64,000 bases of DNA from an uncultured Nitrospiraceae bacterium (GTDB lineage: Bacteria; Nitrospirota; Thermodesulfovibrionia; Thermodesulfovibrionales; SM23-35). Location of the stretch: the NCBI GenBank assembly GCA_963727775.1, contig CAVSHB010000001.1:736001-800000 (forward strand). The letters run 5' to 3'. The notes below the pieces were generated by a model, which saw nothing but the letters and a program-made list of their open reading frames with translations, was not told where the DNA came from and did not search any database. Below, one piece after another: positions 37,864-48,316 of the stretch. Positions within the stretch are counted from its first letter, which is position 1. The number at the start of each line of letters is the position of its first letter. Position numbers and translations under genes: made by a program.

Positions 37864-38697
37864 CTATTTAAATATTTTCAAGGATATGTCTACGGAGGGG
37901 GCTGAATGAGTCAATGCGCCGACGGAAATCAAATCAACACCGGTTTCTGCAATGCCTCTGACGTTTTCAAGTGTAACGCCTCCTGAGGCCTCAAGGATTA
38001 CCCTGCCGGCTGATATATCTACCGCCTTCCTTATATCGCCGATCGTCATGTTGTCCAGCATTATGATGTCTGCGCCTGCCTCTATCGCCTCATTGAGGGC
38101 GCGAAGATCTTCAACCTCGATCTCGATCTTTGCCGGATGATGGCCGGTTTTCGCACGCCGGACCGCTTCCTTAATGCTGCCCACAGCCGCTATATGGTTG
38201 TCCTTTATCAGGATGCCGTCGTAAAGACCAAACCTGTGGTTGCTCCCTCCGCCGGTCCTTACGGCATATTTCTCTATAAACCTGTGGCACGGAGTTGTTT
38301 TCCTTGTATCGACTATTTTTGCCTTGAAGCCTTTGATTTTATCAACATACGTGCCTGTGAGCGTAGCTATGCCTGAGAGCCTCTGCAGGATATTAAGACT
38401 GACACGCTCCCCGGCGAGGACAACATGTGTCTTTCCTGAAATTTCGGCAATAACATGTCCCTTCATGATTTTAGCCCCATCATTGAAAAATATTTTAAAA
38501 TTTATTGAAGGGTCGAGTATCCGAAAAACTTCTACGGCGAAAGGAAGACCGGCCAAGACAAAATCTCCCTTTGCCAGATAGGCCGCTTTTGATTGATCAT
38601 CCTCGGGTATCAGAAGAGATGAGGTTATATCAGCCGGGCCGATATCCTCTTCAAGCGCGCGCCGGAGCATCTCACTAACGCCCGGAGGAACGTCCAT
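37864..38697 (-). CDS. nadC: Nicotinate-nucleotide diphosphorylase (carboxylating)
   Basis: ALEED...DIT, ERV.LN..QRLSGIAT, DTRKTTP, HRFGL.D.ILIKDNH, LDN, EASGG. Confidence 0.96.
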   Translation of the reverse strand: MDVPPGVSEMLRRALEEDIGPADITSSLLIPEDDQSKAAYLAKGDFVLAGLPFAVEVFRILDPSINFKIFFNDGAKIMKGHVIAEISGKTHVVLAGERVSLNILQRLSGIATLTGTYVDKIKGFKAKIVDTRKTTPCHRFIEKYAVRTGGGSNHRFGLYDGILIKDNHIAAVGSIKEAVRRAKTGHHPAKIEIEVEDLRALNEAIEAGADIIMLDNMTIGDIRKAVDISAGRVILEASGGVTLENVRGIAETGVDLISVGALTHSAPSVDISLKIFK

Positions 38698-38698
38698 G

Positions 38699-39187
38699 TT
38701 ATTTCTTTTTTGAGAGGAGAGAGACCAAGCCCCACACGCCTCCGAAAACAGCTCCAAATGCGACCGCAGAACGCCAGTCGAGCAAGGTCGTTACATTCCC
38801 TTCTACCTTATTCGAGATAACGAGGAAGGCGGATGTGTTCTCGGTTATTATTTCTTTTGCTGCCAGGATGCCTATAGCAGACCTGTTCGCCGTAGTTTTT
38901 TCTCTCGATATGGCCAGAGGTGAAAATGAAAAATTTATGGACACGTTCTCCCCTGAGGCAACAGCGGCGATACTCTGATTGAGGCTTACGTCATCACCCT
39001 TAAGGATGCCGGCTGCTCCCTGCGTGACTTCGACGCGTTCGCCGTCTATACTGAGAGCTCCCACCTGCTGGAGTTCAATATGACCTCCCTCAACGGACCT
39101 TATCGTGCTCTGTTTTACATTGACAAATTCCGCTTCGATGAACTCAATGCTGCTTTTTTCAAACTCCTTTGCCTCATTATGAGTCAT
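38699..39187 (-). CDS. Hypothetical protein (beta-repeat-like, C-terminal TM)
   Basis: Overlaps valS and directly abuts nadC in an operon-like arrangement. Confidence 0.75.
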   Translation of the reverse strand: MTHNEAKEFEKSSIEFIEAEFVNVKQSTIRSVEGGHIELQQVGALSIDGERVEVTQGAAGILKGDDVSLNQSIAAVASGENVSINFSFSPLAISREKTTANRSAIGILAAKEIITENTSAFLVISNKVEGNVTTLLDWRSAVAFGAVFGGVWGLVSLLSKKK

Positions 39188-41891
39188 TCTTTACCTCCGC
39201 TTCTTTAAGGATTTTAATACTTTCCGTAATCTTTTCCTTCATGTGTATGAGCTCTTCATATTTCGCTTTTTCCTTGTCGATGATGTCCTGCGGTGCTTTC
39301 CTCAGGAAGTCGTCATTCAGGAGTTTCCTGTTGATAGTTGTAAGAGCCGAATCAATTTTCGCGTTGTCCTTTTTAAGTCTATCTATTTCGGTTGCAATAT
39401 TCAAGACGCCTTTCAGAGGAACAAATATTTCCATAAAACTTTTTACAGAGGTCGCAGCTCCCTCAGGTTTTCCGACATTTGTACCTATCTCTACATCATC
39501 GGCCCTTGCAAGGCTTCTGATATACTGCACGTTTTCTTTTAATATGGTCTCTACTTTTTTCGAAACTGTCTTGATCGACGTGTTTAATTTGACCGCCGGC
39601 GAAATATTAAGCTCACCCCTAATAGTCCTTATGCCCATAACTGCTTCTGTGATATATGACATTTCTTCTTCCGCCTTAGCGTCTTTAGGCAAAGCCGCCG
39701 GATAATCGGATATCATGATGCTCTCTTTTTTGTCTGCTTTATAACTGCCAAGGTTTAATTCCATGGTGTTGATCTTTTGCCATATCTCCTCGGTAATATA
39801 AGGCATAAAAGGATGCAGCAGTCTTAAGGCCGTATTGAGCGTATAGAGCAGGCACCATTTAACTCCGTTCTCCAATTTCCGGTCCTGCATTTCAATTTTT
39901 GACATTTCGATGTACCAATCACAGAATTCATGCCATATAAATTGGTATATGATGCTTGCAGCATCATTGAACCTGTATTCTTCCAAAGCTTTGTTTGTAT
40001 CTTCCACAGTTACCGAAAGCCGGCTTAATATCCACCTGCCCGGCAGTGAAAAACTTAAGTCTGCTTCTGCGAAGCCGGCGCAGGAGGACTGCCCGGTATT
40101 CATCAGGATAAATCTTGAAGCATTCCAGAGCTTGTTCACGAAATGTCTGTATCCTTCAACCCTGTCTTCTGAGAACTTAACATCCCTTCCCTGTGCTGCA
40201 AAAGCGGCGAGGGTGAAGCGAAAGGCGTCCGTGCCGTATCTTTCTATCATTATCAGGGGATCAACAACATTCCCTTTGGATTTGGACATTTTCTGCCCTT
40301 TTATGTCCCTGACAAGGGCGTGAATATAAACATCTCTGAATGGGACATCTCCCATGAATTTAAGCCCCATCATGATCATCCGCGCGACCCAGAAAAAGAT
40401 GATATCAAAGCCGGTAACGAGGACACTCGTAGGATAGAATTTTTTCAGATCATCTGTAATAACCGGCCATCCCAGCGTAGAAAAAGGCCAGAGTGCGGAA
40501 GAAAACCATGTATCGAGGACGTCTTCATCCTGAATTAAGTCGCTGGAACCACAGTGTACGCAGGCGCATGGTGTCTCTATGGATACATTGATGCCCTTGC
40601 GCAGCTTGCACAGGTCGGTTTTCATTTCCCTGCAGTACCATACGGGGATCCTGTGCCCCCACCATATCTGCCTCGATATACACCAGTCCTTAATGTCTTC
40701 CATCCATGCAAAATACGTATTTTCCCATGACTTCGGTATAATACTGATCTTCTTTTCCCTGACGGCGGCAACTGCATCTCTGGCAATTGACTGTACATTC
40801 ACATACCACTGTAATGTCGGCAGAGGCTCGGTAATCGTCTTGCACCTGTAACAGTGGCCGACAGCATGCTTATGCGGTTCTTCCTTTTCTATAAGATCCA
40901 GCTCTCTTAAATCTGCGAGCACGAGTTTTCTGCATTCATATCTGCCGATACCCGCATACCGCTCTCCTGCGTCGGATGTCATGCGGACGTTGTCTCCGAT
41001 GACAGTTATAAATTCCAGAGTCGGACTCTGCCTTTTTGCCATGGCCTCGTCGTTAAAGTCATGGGCCGGCGTTACCTTTACCGCGCCGGTGCCGAAAGAC
41101 GGGTCTACTGCTTGATCGGAAATAATCGGAATACGTCTGCGGGTCAGGGGAAGGCTGAGAGTTTTACCTATGTATTTTTTGTATCTGTTGTCGTTCGGAT
41201 TTACGGCCACAGCAGTATCGCCGAGCATAGTCTCCGGTCTCGTTGTCGCAACTGTTATATGACCACTGCTGCCGTCCGAGAAAGGATACCGTATATAAGT
41301 CAGCTTTCCTTCCAATTCTTCGTGCTCTACCTCAAGGTCCGATAAGGCAGTGTGACACCGGTGGCACCAGTTTATGAGACGGTTGTCCCTGTATATCAGG
41401 CCTTCTTCGTAAAGTCTCACGAACACTTCTCTGACGGCTTTTGAAAGCCCCTCATCGAGGGTGAACCTTTCTCTTGACCAATCACACGAGGCCCCGAGCT
41501 TCTTGAGCTGGTGGATTATCCTCCCTCCCGATTCGGCTTTCCATTTCCATACGCGGGCTATAAAAGCATCACGGCCGAGGGTATGTCTGTCCAGACCTTC
41601 GGATGCAATCTGTTTTTCCACGACGTTTTGTGTAGCAATCCCCGCGTGGTCGGTGCCCGGCAGCCAGAGGACCCTATAGCCCGACATACGTTTCCAGCGG
41701 GCGAGGATATCCTGTAAGACCGTATTCAGGGCATGTCCCATATGCAGGGAGCCTGTAACGTTTGGAGGCGGGATTACGAGAGAATAAGCAGTGCCTTTAT
41801 GATCAAGTCCGGGCGCAAAAAAACCTTTTGATTCCCAGTATTGATACCACTTCTCTTCGATGCCTTGTGGATTAAAGCCCTTGTCTAAAAT
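39177..41891 (-). CDS. valS: Valine--tRNA ligase (probable non-canonical start)
   Basis: PPPNVTGSLHMGH (HIGH), GTDHAGIATQ, TTRPET, DWCISRQ, KMSKS. The frame is open 50 codons upstream of the called ATG (LDKGFNPQGIEEKWY...). Confidence 0.95.
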   Translation of the reverse strand: MLDKGFNPQGIEEKWYQYWESKGFFAPGLDHKGTAYSLVIPPPNVTGSLHMGHALNTVLQDILARWKRMSGYRVLWLPGTDHAGIATQNVVEKQIASEGLDRHTLGRDAFIARVWKWKAESGGRIIHQLKKLGASCDWSRERFTLDEGLSKAVREVFVRLYEEGLIYRDNRLINWCHRCHTALSDLEVEHEELEGKLTYIRYPFSDGSSGHITVATTRPETMLGDTAVAVNPNDNRYKKYIGKTLSLPLTRRRIPIISDQAVDPSFGTGAVKVTPAHDFNDEAMAKRQSPTLEFITVIGDNVRMTSDAGERYAGIGRYECRKLVLADLRELDLIEKEEPHKHAVGHCYRCKTITEPLPTLQWYVNVQSIARDAVAAVREKKISIIPKSWENTYFAWMEDIKDWCISRQIWWGHRIPVWYCREMKTDLCKLRKGINVSIETPCACVHCGSSDLIQDEDVLDTWFSSALWPFSTLGWPVITDDLKKFYPTSVLVTGFDIIFFWVARMIMMGLKFMGDVPFRDVYIHALVRDIKGQKMSKSKGNVVDPLIMIERYGTDAFRFTLAAFAAQGRDVKFSEDRVEGYRHFVNKLWNASRFILMNTGQSSCAGFAEADLSFSLPGRWILSRLSVTVEDTNKALEEYRFNDAASIIYQFIWHEFCDWYIEMSKIEMQDRKLENGVKWCLLYTLNTALRLLHPFMPYITEEIWQKINTMELNLGSYKADKKESIMISDYPAALPKDAKAEEEMSYITEAVMGIRTIRGELNISPAVKLNTSIKTVSKKVETILKENVQYIRSLARADDVEIGTNVGKPEGAATSVKSFMEIFVPLKGVLNIATEIDRLKKDNAKIDSALTTINRKLLNDDFLRKAPQDIIDKEKAKYEELIHMKEKITESIKILKEAEVKNDS

Positions 41892-42844
41892 TCTGACCTG
41901 ATCCTCTCTATCTCTTTTGAAATCATCGTTTCCGCGAGGTCGGGTACAGTCTCCCAGATTACCTTTTCAACCTCTTTTGTCAACGATTCAAGGGGACCTT
42001 TCAGCATCTCTTTCAACATCCGCTCGACAAGGTCGGGGGCAACTTCCCAAAGGATCTTTTCAACGGAATCCTTTAACAAAGGCGTCAAAGAACTAAGAAC
42101 AGATTCTTTTATATCGATTGAGGTCAATAATGCAGATATCTTCTCTTTGGCTGTATTTTCGAAGAGCGCTTTTAATTCTTCTTTTGAAGGAAGCCCGATC
42201 TCCGGGACCGTGATCCTCGCCTCTGCAGGTAATTTTTTTTCGGCAATTGGCGGTATCGTTTCTTCAGCAATCGCCGTGGCCTCGGCTTCAGCTTCTTCTG
42301 CGAGCTCGATCAATTCTTCTGTACCGGCCTCAGAGCCTTCTTCCGCCGGCCAGGCTTTGATATCAGTCTCGCTGATCTCTTCCAATGACCAGAGATCTTC
42401 TTCAACAGGCACTTCTTCCACTTCGATAGCCTCTGCCTCGAAGATACCCTCAGCCTCTTCTCCTTCAATTGCTGGAGAGACTGCAAGGACCGAATTTATT
42501 TTGTTTATGAGCTCCTGTGATTCGAAAGGTTTTATTATGATGTCGTCTGCCTGCACCTGCTTCGCAAGCTCTTCATCCACAGGTTCAAAAGCGCCTGTAA
42601 GCAATATCACCGGGATATCATGTGTGGAAATGTTCTGTTTTACCTTTTCACAGAGCTGGTAGCCGTTCATCCTGGGCATCTCGATGTCGGCAAGAATGAC
42701 GTCGGGCTTAAAAGAAGGGATTAGCGCTAAAGCCTCTTCTCCATTACCGGTTGACTTAATCTCGAAGTCTTCTTCAGCGAGGATCAGTTCAACAACCTTC
42801 TGTATTGTGATGCTGTCGTCCGCAAGCAGTAGCTTATGTGACAC
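41885..42844 (-). CDS. Response regulator (receiver + acidic linker + repeated EK..WEV.P.L.E C-terminal domain)
   Basis: LLLADDS, ADIEMP..NGY, KPF. Confidence 0.9.
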   Translation of the reverse strand: MSHKLLLADDSITIQKVVELILAEEDFEIKSTGNGEEALALIPSFKPDVILADIEMPRMNGYQLCEKVKQNISTHDIPVILLTGAFEPVDEELAKQVQADDIIIKPFESQELINKINSVLAVSPAIEGEEAEGIFEAEAIEVEEVPVEEDLWSLEEISETDIKAWPAEEGSEAGTEELIELAEEAEAEATAIAEETIPPIAEKKLPAEARITVPEIGLPSKEELKALFENTAKEKISALLTSIDIKESVLSSLTPLLKDSVEKILWEVAPDLVERMLKEMLKGPLESLTKEVEKVIWETVPDLAETMISKEIERIRSEF

Positions 42845-42896
42845 TTTTCACCTCTTGATAGGATATAAAAAATTGTATTGGTAAGTGCTGAAAAAG

Positions 42897-43724
42897 TCAA
42901 GGGATTTCGTTGAGGCTTTTATCATAAAGCTCTTTCTTGGACAACCCGTATGCCCCGGCTATCCTTTTCACAGCGTCTTTTCTGCTCAATCCCTTTTTCA
43001 TCAGGTTATTTATTTCCCAAAGAATATCTTCCGTCGGCAGTATTTTTTCCTGCTTCCTTCCTTCTATGATAATCACATATTCGCCTGCAATTTTTGTTTT
43101 TTCGAGCTCTGCGAGGATTTCAGAAATATCGCCTCTTACTACTTGTTCATGGATTTTGGTGATCTCTTTTATGACCGCGGCTTTTCTTTCTTTAAACATA
43201 TCTTCCATCTCCATGAGTGTTTCAAGAATCCTGTGGGGGGCTTCATAAAAGATAAGCGTTCTCGGTTCAAGACTCAGGTCTTTAAGCGCCTTCACGCGCT
43301 GGGTTTTTTTTGCGGGGAGAAATCCTGTAAATGTGAACTCGTCCGTTGAAAGTCCCGATAAAGACAGTGCGGCGACAAAAGCGGAAGGTCCAGGGACCGA
43401 TATAACCTGAATATTCTCATCAATAGCTTTTTCTATCACTAATGCCCCGGGGTCTGAAATGCCGGGGGTCCCGGCATCCGAAATAAGGGCAACTGATCGT
43501 CCGGAATGCAGTATGCTAATGATCTCATCGGATTTTATCTTCTCCCTTTCCCCCCAATAGCTGATCATCCGCTTTGAAATGCCGTAGTGGTTAAGCAGTT
43601 TTATTGAATGGCGTGTGTCTTCCGCGGCAATTACATCTGCTTCCTTAAGGACGCGCAGGGCCCTGAAGGTAATATCTTCAAGATTGCCTATCGGTGTTGC
43701 GACAATATAAAGGACGCCTTTCAC
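42897..43724 (-). CDS. rsmI: 16S rRNA (cytidine1402-2'-O)-methyltransferase
   Basis: LYIVATPIGNLEDIT.RA, AEDTR, SDAGTPGISDPG, FYEAPHR. Confidence 0.96.
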   Translation of the reverse strand: MKGVLYIVATPIGNLEDITFRALRVLKEADVIAAEDTRHSIKLLNHYGISKRMISYWGEREKIKSDEIISILHSGRSVALISDAGTPGISDPGALVIEKAIDENIQVISVPGPSAFVAALSLSGLSTDEFTFTGFLPAKKTQRVKALKDLSLEPRTLIFYEAPHRILETLMEMEDMFKERKAAVIKEITKIHEQVVRGDISEILAELEKTKIAGEYVIIIEGRKQEKILPTEDILWEINNLMKKGLSRKDAVKRIAGAYGLSKKELYDKSLNEIP

Positions 43725-43987
43725 TCTACATTCAGCAGTTTTTTCAGGCGTTTGTCCGCTCTCACAATATCATCCAGATCGTCACCCGTGAGTTCCCATG
43801 TGTATTTGCCTTCAGCTGAGCGTTTCAGCTTGATCTTTACCGGTTTTTTGGGTTTAATCTGCTGGAGTTCAGGCTGTTTCTTGATCTGGATGTTTTTGTT
43901 TTCCGCTGAAAAAGCACTGCCGGAAAAAAGGCATACTGAAATTGAAAGCGCAATGAAGCAGGCCAAGAAATTTTTTCTAAAAGTCAT
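43721..43987 (-). CDS. Small exported hypothetical protein
   Basis: Signal peptide; coupled between nadE and rsmI. Confidence 0.7.
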   Translation of the reverse strand: MTFRKNFLACFIALSISVCLFSGSAFSAENKNIQIKKQPELQQIKPKKPVKIKLKRSAEGKYTWELTGDDLDDIVRADKRLKKLLNVE

Positions 43988-43992
43988 GATCC

Positions 43993-45735
43993 TTAAAACT
44001 CCCTGTATTTATTTGTTATCGGAAATCGTCTGTCCCTGCCGAATGCCCTTTGGGTTATCTTTATCCCGGGCGGCGACTGTCTCCTTTTATATTCACTCTG
44101 ATCGATCATGCTGACGATCTTCTGTGCGCATTCCTGCTCACATCCGAGAGGCAATATCGCCTCAAAGCTCCTGTCTTCCTCAATATATGCCTTTAGTACA
44201 GGGTCAAGCACTGAATAAGGCGGCAACGTGTCGGTATCTTTCTGCCCCGGCTTTAGTTCTGCCGTCGGTTCTTTTAAGAACACGCTTTCAGGTATCACGG
44301 TCCTGTTTTGTTTCTCGTTCTTCCATTTGCACAGCTCATATACCATCGTTTTCGGCACGTCCTTTATGACCGCGAACCCTCCGGCCATATCTCCGTATAG
44401 GGTTGCATAGCCGACACTCATTTCAGATTTGTTCCCTGTGGTCAGAACAAGCAGTGCAAACTTATTCGAAAACGCCATGAGTATATTTCCCCTTATCCTT
44501 GCCTGGAGGTTTTCTTCTGTTGTATCCGCAGGCAGGTTACGGAACTCGCTTTTTAGCGGCGTGAGGTAGCTTTGGAATATATTGTCGATCGGCACCTCCG
44601 CAATTCTTATCCCCAAATTGCCTGCGAGCGCATAAGCGTCTTCCCTGCTTTCTTTCGATGTATACGGTGACGGCATAAACAACCCGGTCACATTTTTTTT
44701 GCCGAGCGCGTCAACCGCGATTGATGCTACGAGCGCGGAATCAATGCCGCCGCTTAGTCCTATGACCACACCCTTAAATCCGTTTTTGTTGACATAGTCG
44801 GATGTGCCGAGCACAAGCGCAGAGTAAATCTCTTCTAAAGGTGTCAGGACCGTATAGCTTTTTGGAGCCAAAAGGGGCAGTGGTTTTGCTTTTATCCGTG
44901 ACGTTTTCTCTGCCGTGACGACAATCCTTTCTACCTCTTCCTTTTTGAGTTTAATCATCTCCTGCCTTCTGCGCGGGGCGTGAAGCCTGCTCATCATGAC
45001 TCCGTCAAGATCTAAATCAACAATTATCAAGTCCTCTTCGAACTGTTTCCCTCTTGCCGTTACCGTGCCGTTCTGGTCAAGGATGACACTATGACCGTCG
45101 AAGACAAGCTCGTCCTGGCCTCCAACGGTATTGACATAAGCGACTATTACCAGATTGTCGGATGCGCGCGTGGAAAGCATATTCTCCCTGAACCGACCTT
45201 TGCCGATATGGTACGGCGAGGCATTGATGTTGATGATCGCTTCAGCGCCGGCAAGCGACTGCGTCCTTGCCGGACCTTCCGGATACCACACGTCTTCACA
45301 GATACTTATTCCTATCCAGGCATCGCCGATCTTATATATAGGACAGCGTGTGCCTGCCTGAAAGTAGCGGTACTCATCGAATACGCCGTAATTCGGTAGA
45401 TACATCTTGTGGTAGATATCAATAAGCTTTCTGTTGCGGATTATGGCGGCGGCATTATAAATATTATCTTTTCTGTCAACAAAACCGACTACGGCTGTTA
45501 TGTCATCAACATTTTTTTGCACTTTTTTCAGGGCATTGAGGTTGTCTTCTATGAATTGGGTTTTTAAAAGCAGGTCTTCAGGAGGATAGCCTGTTATCGC
45601 AAGCTCGGGAAATGCAATGATGTCGGAACCGGATTTCTGCGCTTCTTTAATGTAATCAATAATCCTGGAGACATTTCCGTTAAAGTCCCCCACAGTAGGA
45701 TTAATCTGTGCAAGCGCAATCCGCAGCGATTTCAC
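43993..45735 (-). CDS. nadE: Glutamine-dependent NAD+ synthetase
   Basis: Nitrilase domain ([18 protein letters not shown]) plus [21 protein letters not shown]. Confidence 0.96.
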   Translation of the reverse strand: MKSLRIALAQINPTVGDFNGNVSRIIDYIKEAQKSGSDIIAFPELAITGYPPEDLLLKTQFIEDNLNALKKVQKNVDDITAVVGFVDRKDNIYNAAAIIRNRKLIDIYHKMYLPNYGVFDEYRYFQAGTRCPIYKIGDAWIGISICEDVWYPEGPARTQSLAGAEAIININASPYHIGKGRFRENMLSTRASDNLVIVAYVNTVGGQDELVFDGHSVILDQNGTVTARGKQFEEDLIIVDLDLDGVMMSRLHAPRRRQEMIKLKKEEVERIVVTAEKTSRIKAKPLPLLAPKSYTVLTPLEEIYSALVLGTSDYVNKNGFKGVVIGLSGGIDSALVASIAVDALGKKNVTGLFMPSPYTSKESREDAYALAGNLGIRIAEVPIDNIFQSYLTPLKSEFRNLPADTTEENLQARIRGNILMAFSNKFALLVLTTGNKSEMSVGYATLYGDMAGGFAVIKDVPKTMVYELCKWKNEKQNRTVIPESVFLKEPTAELKPGQKDTDTLPPYSVLDPVLKAYIEEDRSFEAILPLGCEQECAQKIVSMIDQSEYKRRQSPPGIKITQRAFGRDRRFPITNKYREF

Positions 45736-45929
45736 GAACACCTCCGCCAAAGTTCGAACAACATTATTATTGTTTTTATAGAAGTAAGATTGAACTTATT
45801 ATAGCATTAGATTTAAATTTCAACAAAAACATGCCTGTAATTTTCCCTGCGATATCTGTAATGCTTGACATCCCATGAAAAAGGTTGGATCATATCTGTA
45901 AATTCAATCATGGAGTTAAGGTCAAAGGA

Positions 45930-46307
45930 ATGGTTTATCTTTTGTTAAGGATAATGATAAATGCCCTCTCTATTGCGGCTGCCGTAAAGCTTGTAGACGG
46001 TATAACCTTTACGGGTGAATGGTGGAAGATGATTATTGTCGGCGCTGTTTTCGGGGTTGTGAATTCTTTTATTAAGCCGGTGGTGACGTTCTTTGCATTG
46101 CCTCTGATTATCCTCACGTTAGGCCTGTTCACTTTGATCGTTAATACGCTGATGCTGACAATAACCGCGAAGCTTTCAGGCCCCCTCGAACTCGGTTTAC
46201 AGATCAATGGTTTCTGGCCCGCATTCAAAGGCGCTGTCATTATCAGCCTCGTGAGTATGCTCCTTTCCTGGCTCACAGGGATCAAAAGGATCAAGGTTTA
46301 CAAGTAG
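45930..46307 (+). CDS. Phage holin family (YvlD-like) 4-TM membrane protein
   Basis: G.VN.FIKP....ALPL.ILTLGLF.LIVN, GFW.A..GA. Confidence 0.85.
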   Translation: MVYLLLRIMINALSIAAAVKLVDGITFTGEWWKMIIVGAVFGVVNSFIKPVVTFFALPLIILTLGLFTLIVNTLMLTITAKLSGPLELGLQINGFWPAFKGAVIISLVSMLLSWLTGIKRIKVYK

Positions 46308-46399
46308 TCACAGCCCTGTGAGACTTGCAAAGTTAGTGGAAACAGCTATTCTTAATAATATGGGGAATATAGCCCGCTTAATTTATAAAATTTGAGGGC

Positions 46400-46510
46400 G
46401 CCGACAAATACAGTATTTGCGCTCATTCTCGGCCCGGTACAAATCGGGCCTCCGAGGTAAATTCTTTCTTTGAAAGAATTTAAAGCCGCTTAAATACTGT
46501 ATCTGTCGGC
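46400..46510. repeat. 111-bp MITE-like repeat, copy 2 (inverted relative to copy 1)
   Basis: Reverse complement of 35741-35851 with few mismatches. Confidence 0.85.
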
Positions 46511-46540
46511 AATCTTATAATGTAGGATAGGAATAAGACC

Positions 46541-47581
46541 ATGTCGACGAATAATGTCTTTGATTTTTTTATGCAATTGCATCTTACGGAGAGGTGCAAT
46601 CTTGTGTGTAAGCACTGTTATCAGTCCGGCGGGAAAGCGGATGAATTGTCGTTCGCGGAAGTAAGAAATCTCATAAATGAGATATCGGACACACTGAAAG
46701 AGTGGAAGGAAGCATACGAAATTGACTATTCTCCGAGCTTTAATGTAACCGGGGGAGAGCCTTTTTTGCGCATAGACCTTTTTGATATCCTCAAGGAAAT
46801 CAACGGGAAGGGATTTGATACATACCTCCTGACAAACGGTATTCTTATCAACCGGGAAAAAGCAAAATTACTGTCTGCTCTCGGCGTCAAAGGAGTACAG
46901 GTAAGCATTGAGGGACCTGAAGGAGTCCATGACTCAATCAGGGGGAAGGGCAGTTTTTCCGGCTCGATGAAAGGCGTCGGGTATCTTCTTGACGCCGGGC
47001 TGAAGGTGACGTTTAATGCTACATTATCTTCTATGAATGCCGCCTACTTTATGGACATGATAGAGCTTTCTTTGAAAGCGGACGTGCACAGGCTCGGGTT
47101 CTCAAGGCTTGTTCCTTCCGGGAGGGGCGAGGCGATGCTGACAAAAATGCTGCCGGCAGATGCGGTAAAAGATCTCTACGAAAAGATCTATTCTTCGAAT
47201 ACCGATGGACTTGAAATCGTGACGGGTGACCCTGTTGCGACGCAGTCGACCATAAAAGACAATGAGGACAAAGGGAATGTCCCGATAGGGGGCTGCGCAG
47301 CCGGTGTGTCCGGGATGACCATCCTGCCGGACGGAACAATGGTCCCTTGCAGAAGGTTGTACGTTCCCATAGGCAATGTGAGAAAAGATTCGTTCCGTGA
47401 GGTATGGGCGACTTCTGAGGTTTTGGAAGCCATACGGGACAGGAGCCGATATCAGGGGAAATGCGGGAGCTGCCCGAGATGGGCGCAGTGCCGGGGCTGC
47501 AGGGCGATAGCATATGCCTTCTCAAAGGCAAATGGGGAAGACAATTTTCTCGCCGATGATCCTCAGTGTTTTGTTTGCTGA
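46541..47581 (+). CDS. Radical SAM/SPASM domain protein
   Basis: CNLVCKHC, VTGGEP, CAAG...PDG...PC, CGSC.....CRGCRA...DPQC. Confidence 0.92.
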   Translation: MSTNNVFDFFMQLHLTERCNLVCKHCYQSGGKADELSFAEVRNLINEISDTLKEWKEAYEIDYSPSFNVTGGEPFLRIDLFDILKEINGKGFDTYLLTNGILINREKAKLLSALGVKGVQVSIEGPEGVHDSIRGKGSFSGSMKGVGYLLDAGLKVTFNATLSSMNAAYFMDMIELSLKADVHRLGFSRLVPSGRGEAMLTKMLPADAVKDLYEKIYSSNTDGLEIVTGDPVATQSTIKDNEDKGNVPIGGCAAGVSGMTILPDGTMVPCRRLYVPIGNVRKDSFREVWATSEVLEAIRDRSRYQGKCGSCPRWAQCRGCRAIAYAFSKANGEDNFLADDPQCFVC

Positions 47582-48019
47582 TCACGAACCGCTCTTTTGC
47601 CTCGCTTGACTCTGAGACTGTCGAGGATCTTCTAAATAAATAGTCGAAGAAGAGTAACAACAGACTCCCGTGCGACAGGCCATAAAATGCAGGCTCTTTT
47701 TGTTTCATTCATCTACTTATCCGCAGAACCGAGAAATTGAAACAAATGTTTATTCATCCCTATTTATTGAGGTATGTGCAACATCATCTGAAATTTCTAA
47801 TACACCTTCTACTGGTTTATTATTGTCAAGAACTTTTTACGGAGTAACTCCCCTCTGATAGAGACAAGCCACTACTAAGGTTTCCTGGCTTCAATGGTTT
47901 CTGCTTCGTTCTTTGCCCCCAGATCCCTTGTCTCATTACGTAATCCATTCTGCATGTTTGAGAGCCAATTCTGAAAAAGCGGCTTCGTAGAAAGCTATAG
48001 GATCGATTATCTCAGCATG

Positions 48020-48310
48020 ACCCATATTACGGTATCCCCTGGATTCGGCGTTTCTCTTTTTTATGCCTCCTCTTGGCTCCTTTCACTTAACCTTATATCA
48101 ACCTTCTCACTTCCATCTCCATTAGGAGGAAGTCACTTTAGTCTTTGGTGTAGCACCTTGCCTGACACTGGTAATTCGAGGGTCTCAACAGAGCCCTGAC
48201 CTTGCTTAATCGAGACTAAGGTGCAAGCGGGGAGTTACAAGCTCCGCATGAAGGTCGGCTCAGCCGCCTTAGGTATCAGGTCGGTAATCTCCCCGCTTAC
48301 ACGCCAATAC
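48020..48310 (-). ncRNA. Putative bridge/seek RNA of the IS110 element (limits approximate)
   Basis: Long stem 48221-48238 / 48284-48302; segments identical to the flanking target DNA (see findings). Confidence 0.6.
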
Positions 48311-48316
48311 TATAAG

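Noticed and set aside
45930..46307. Prophage suggested by a holin-family gene
   Set aside because: YvlD-like family is commonly chromosomal, and no phage genes are nearby
47579..47712. Short minus-strand ORFs after the radical SAM gene as possible precursor peptides
   Set aside because: Opposite strand, no SD and no leader motif
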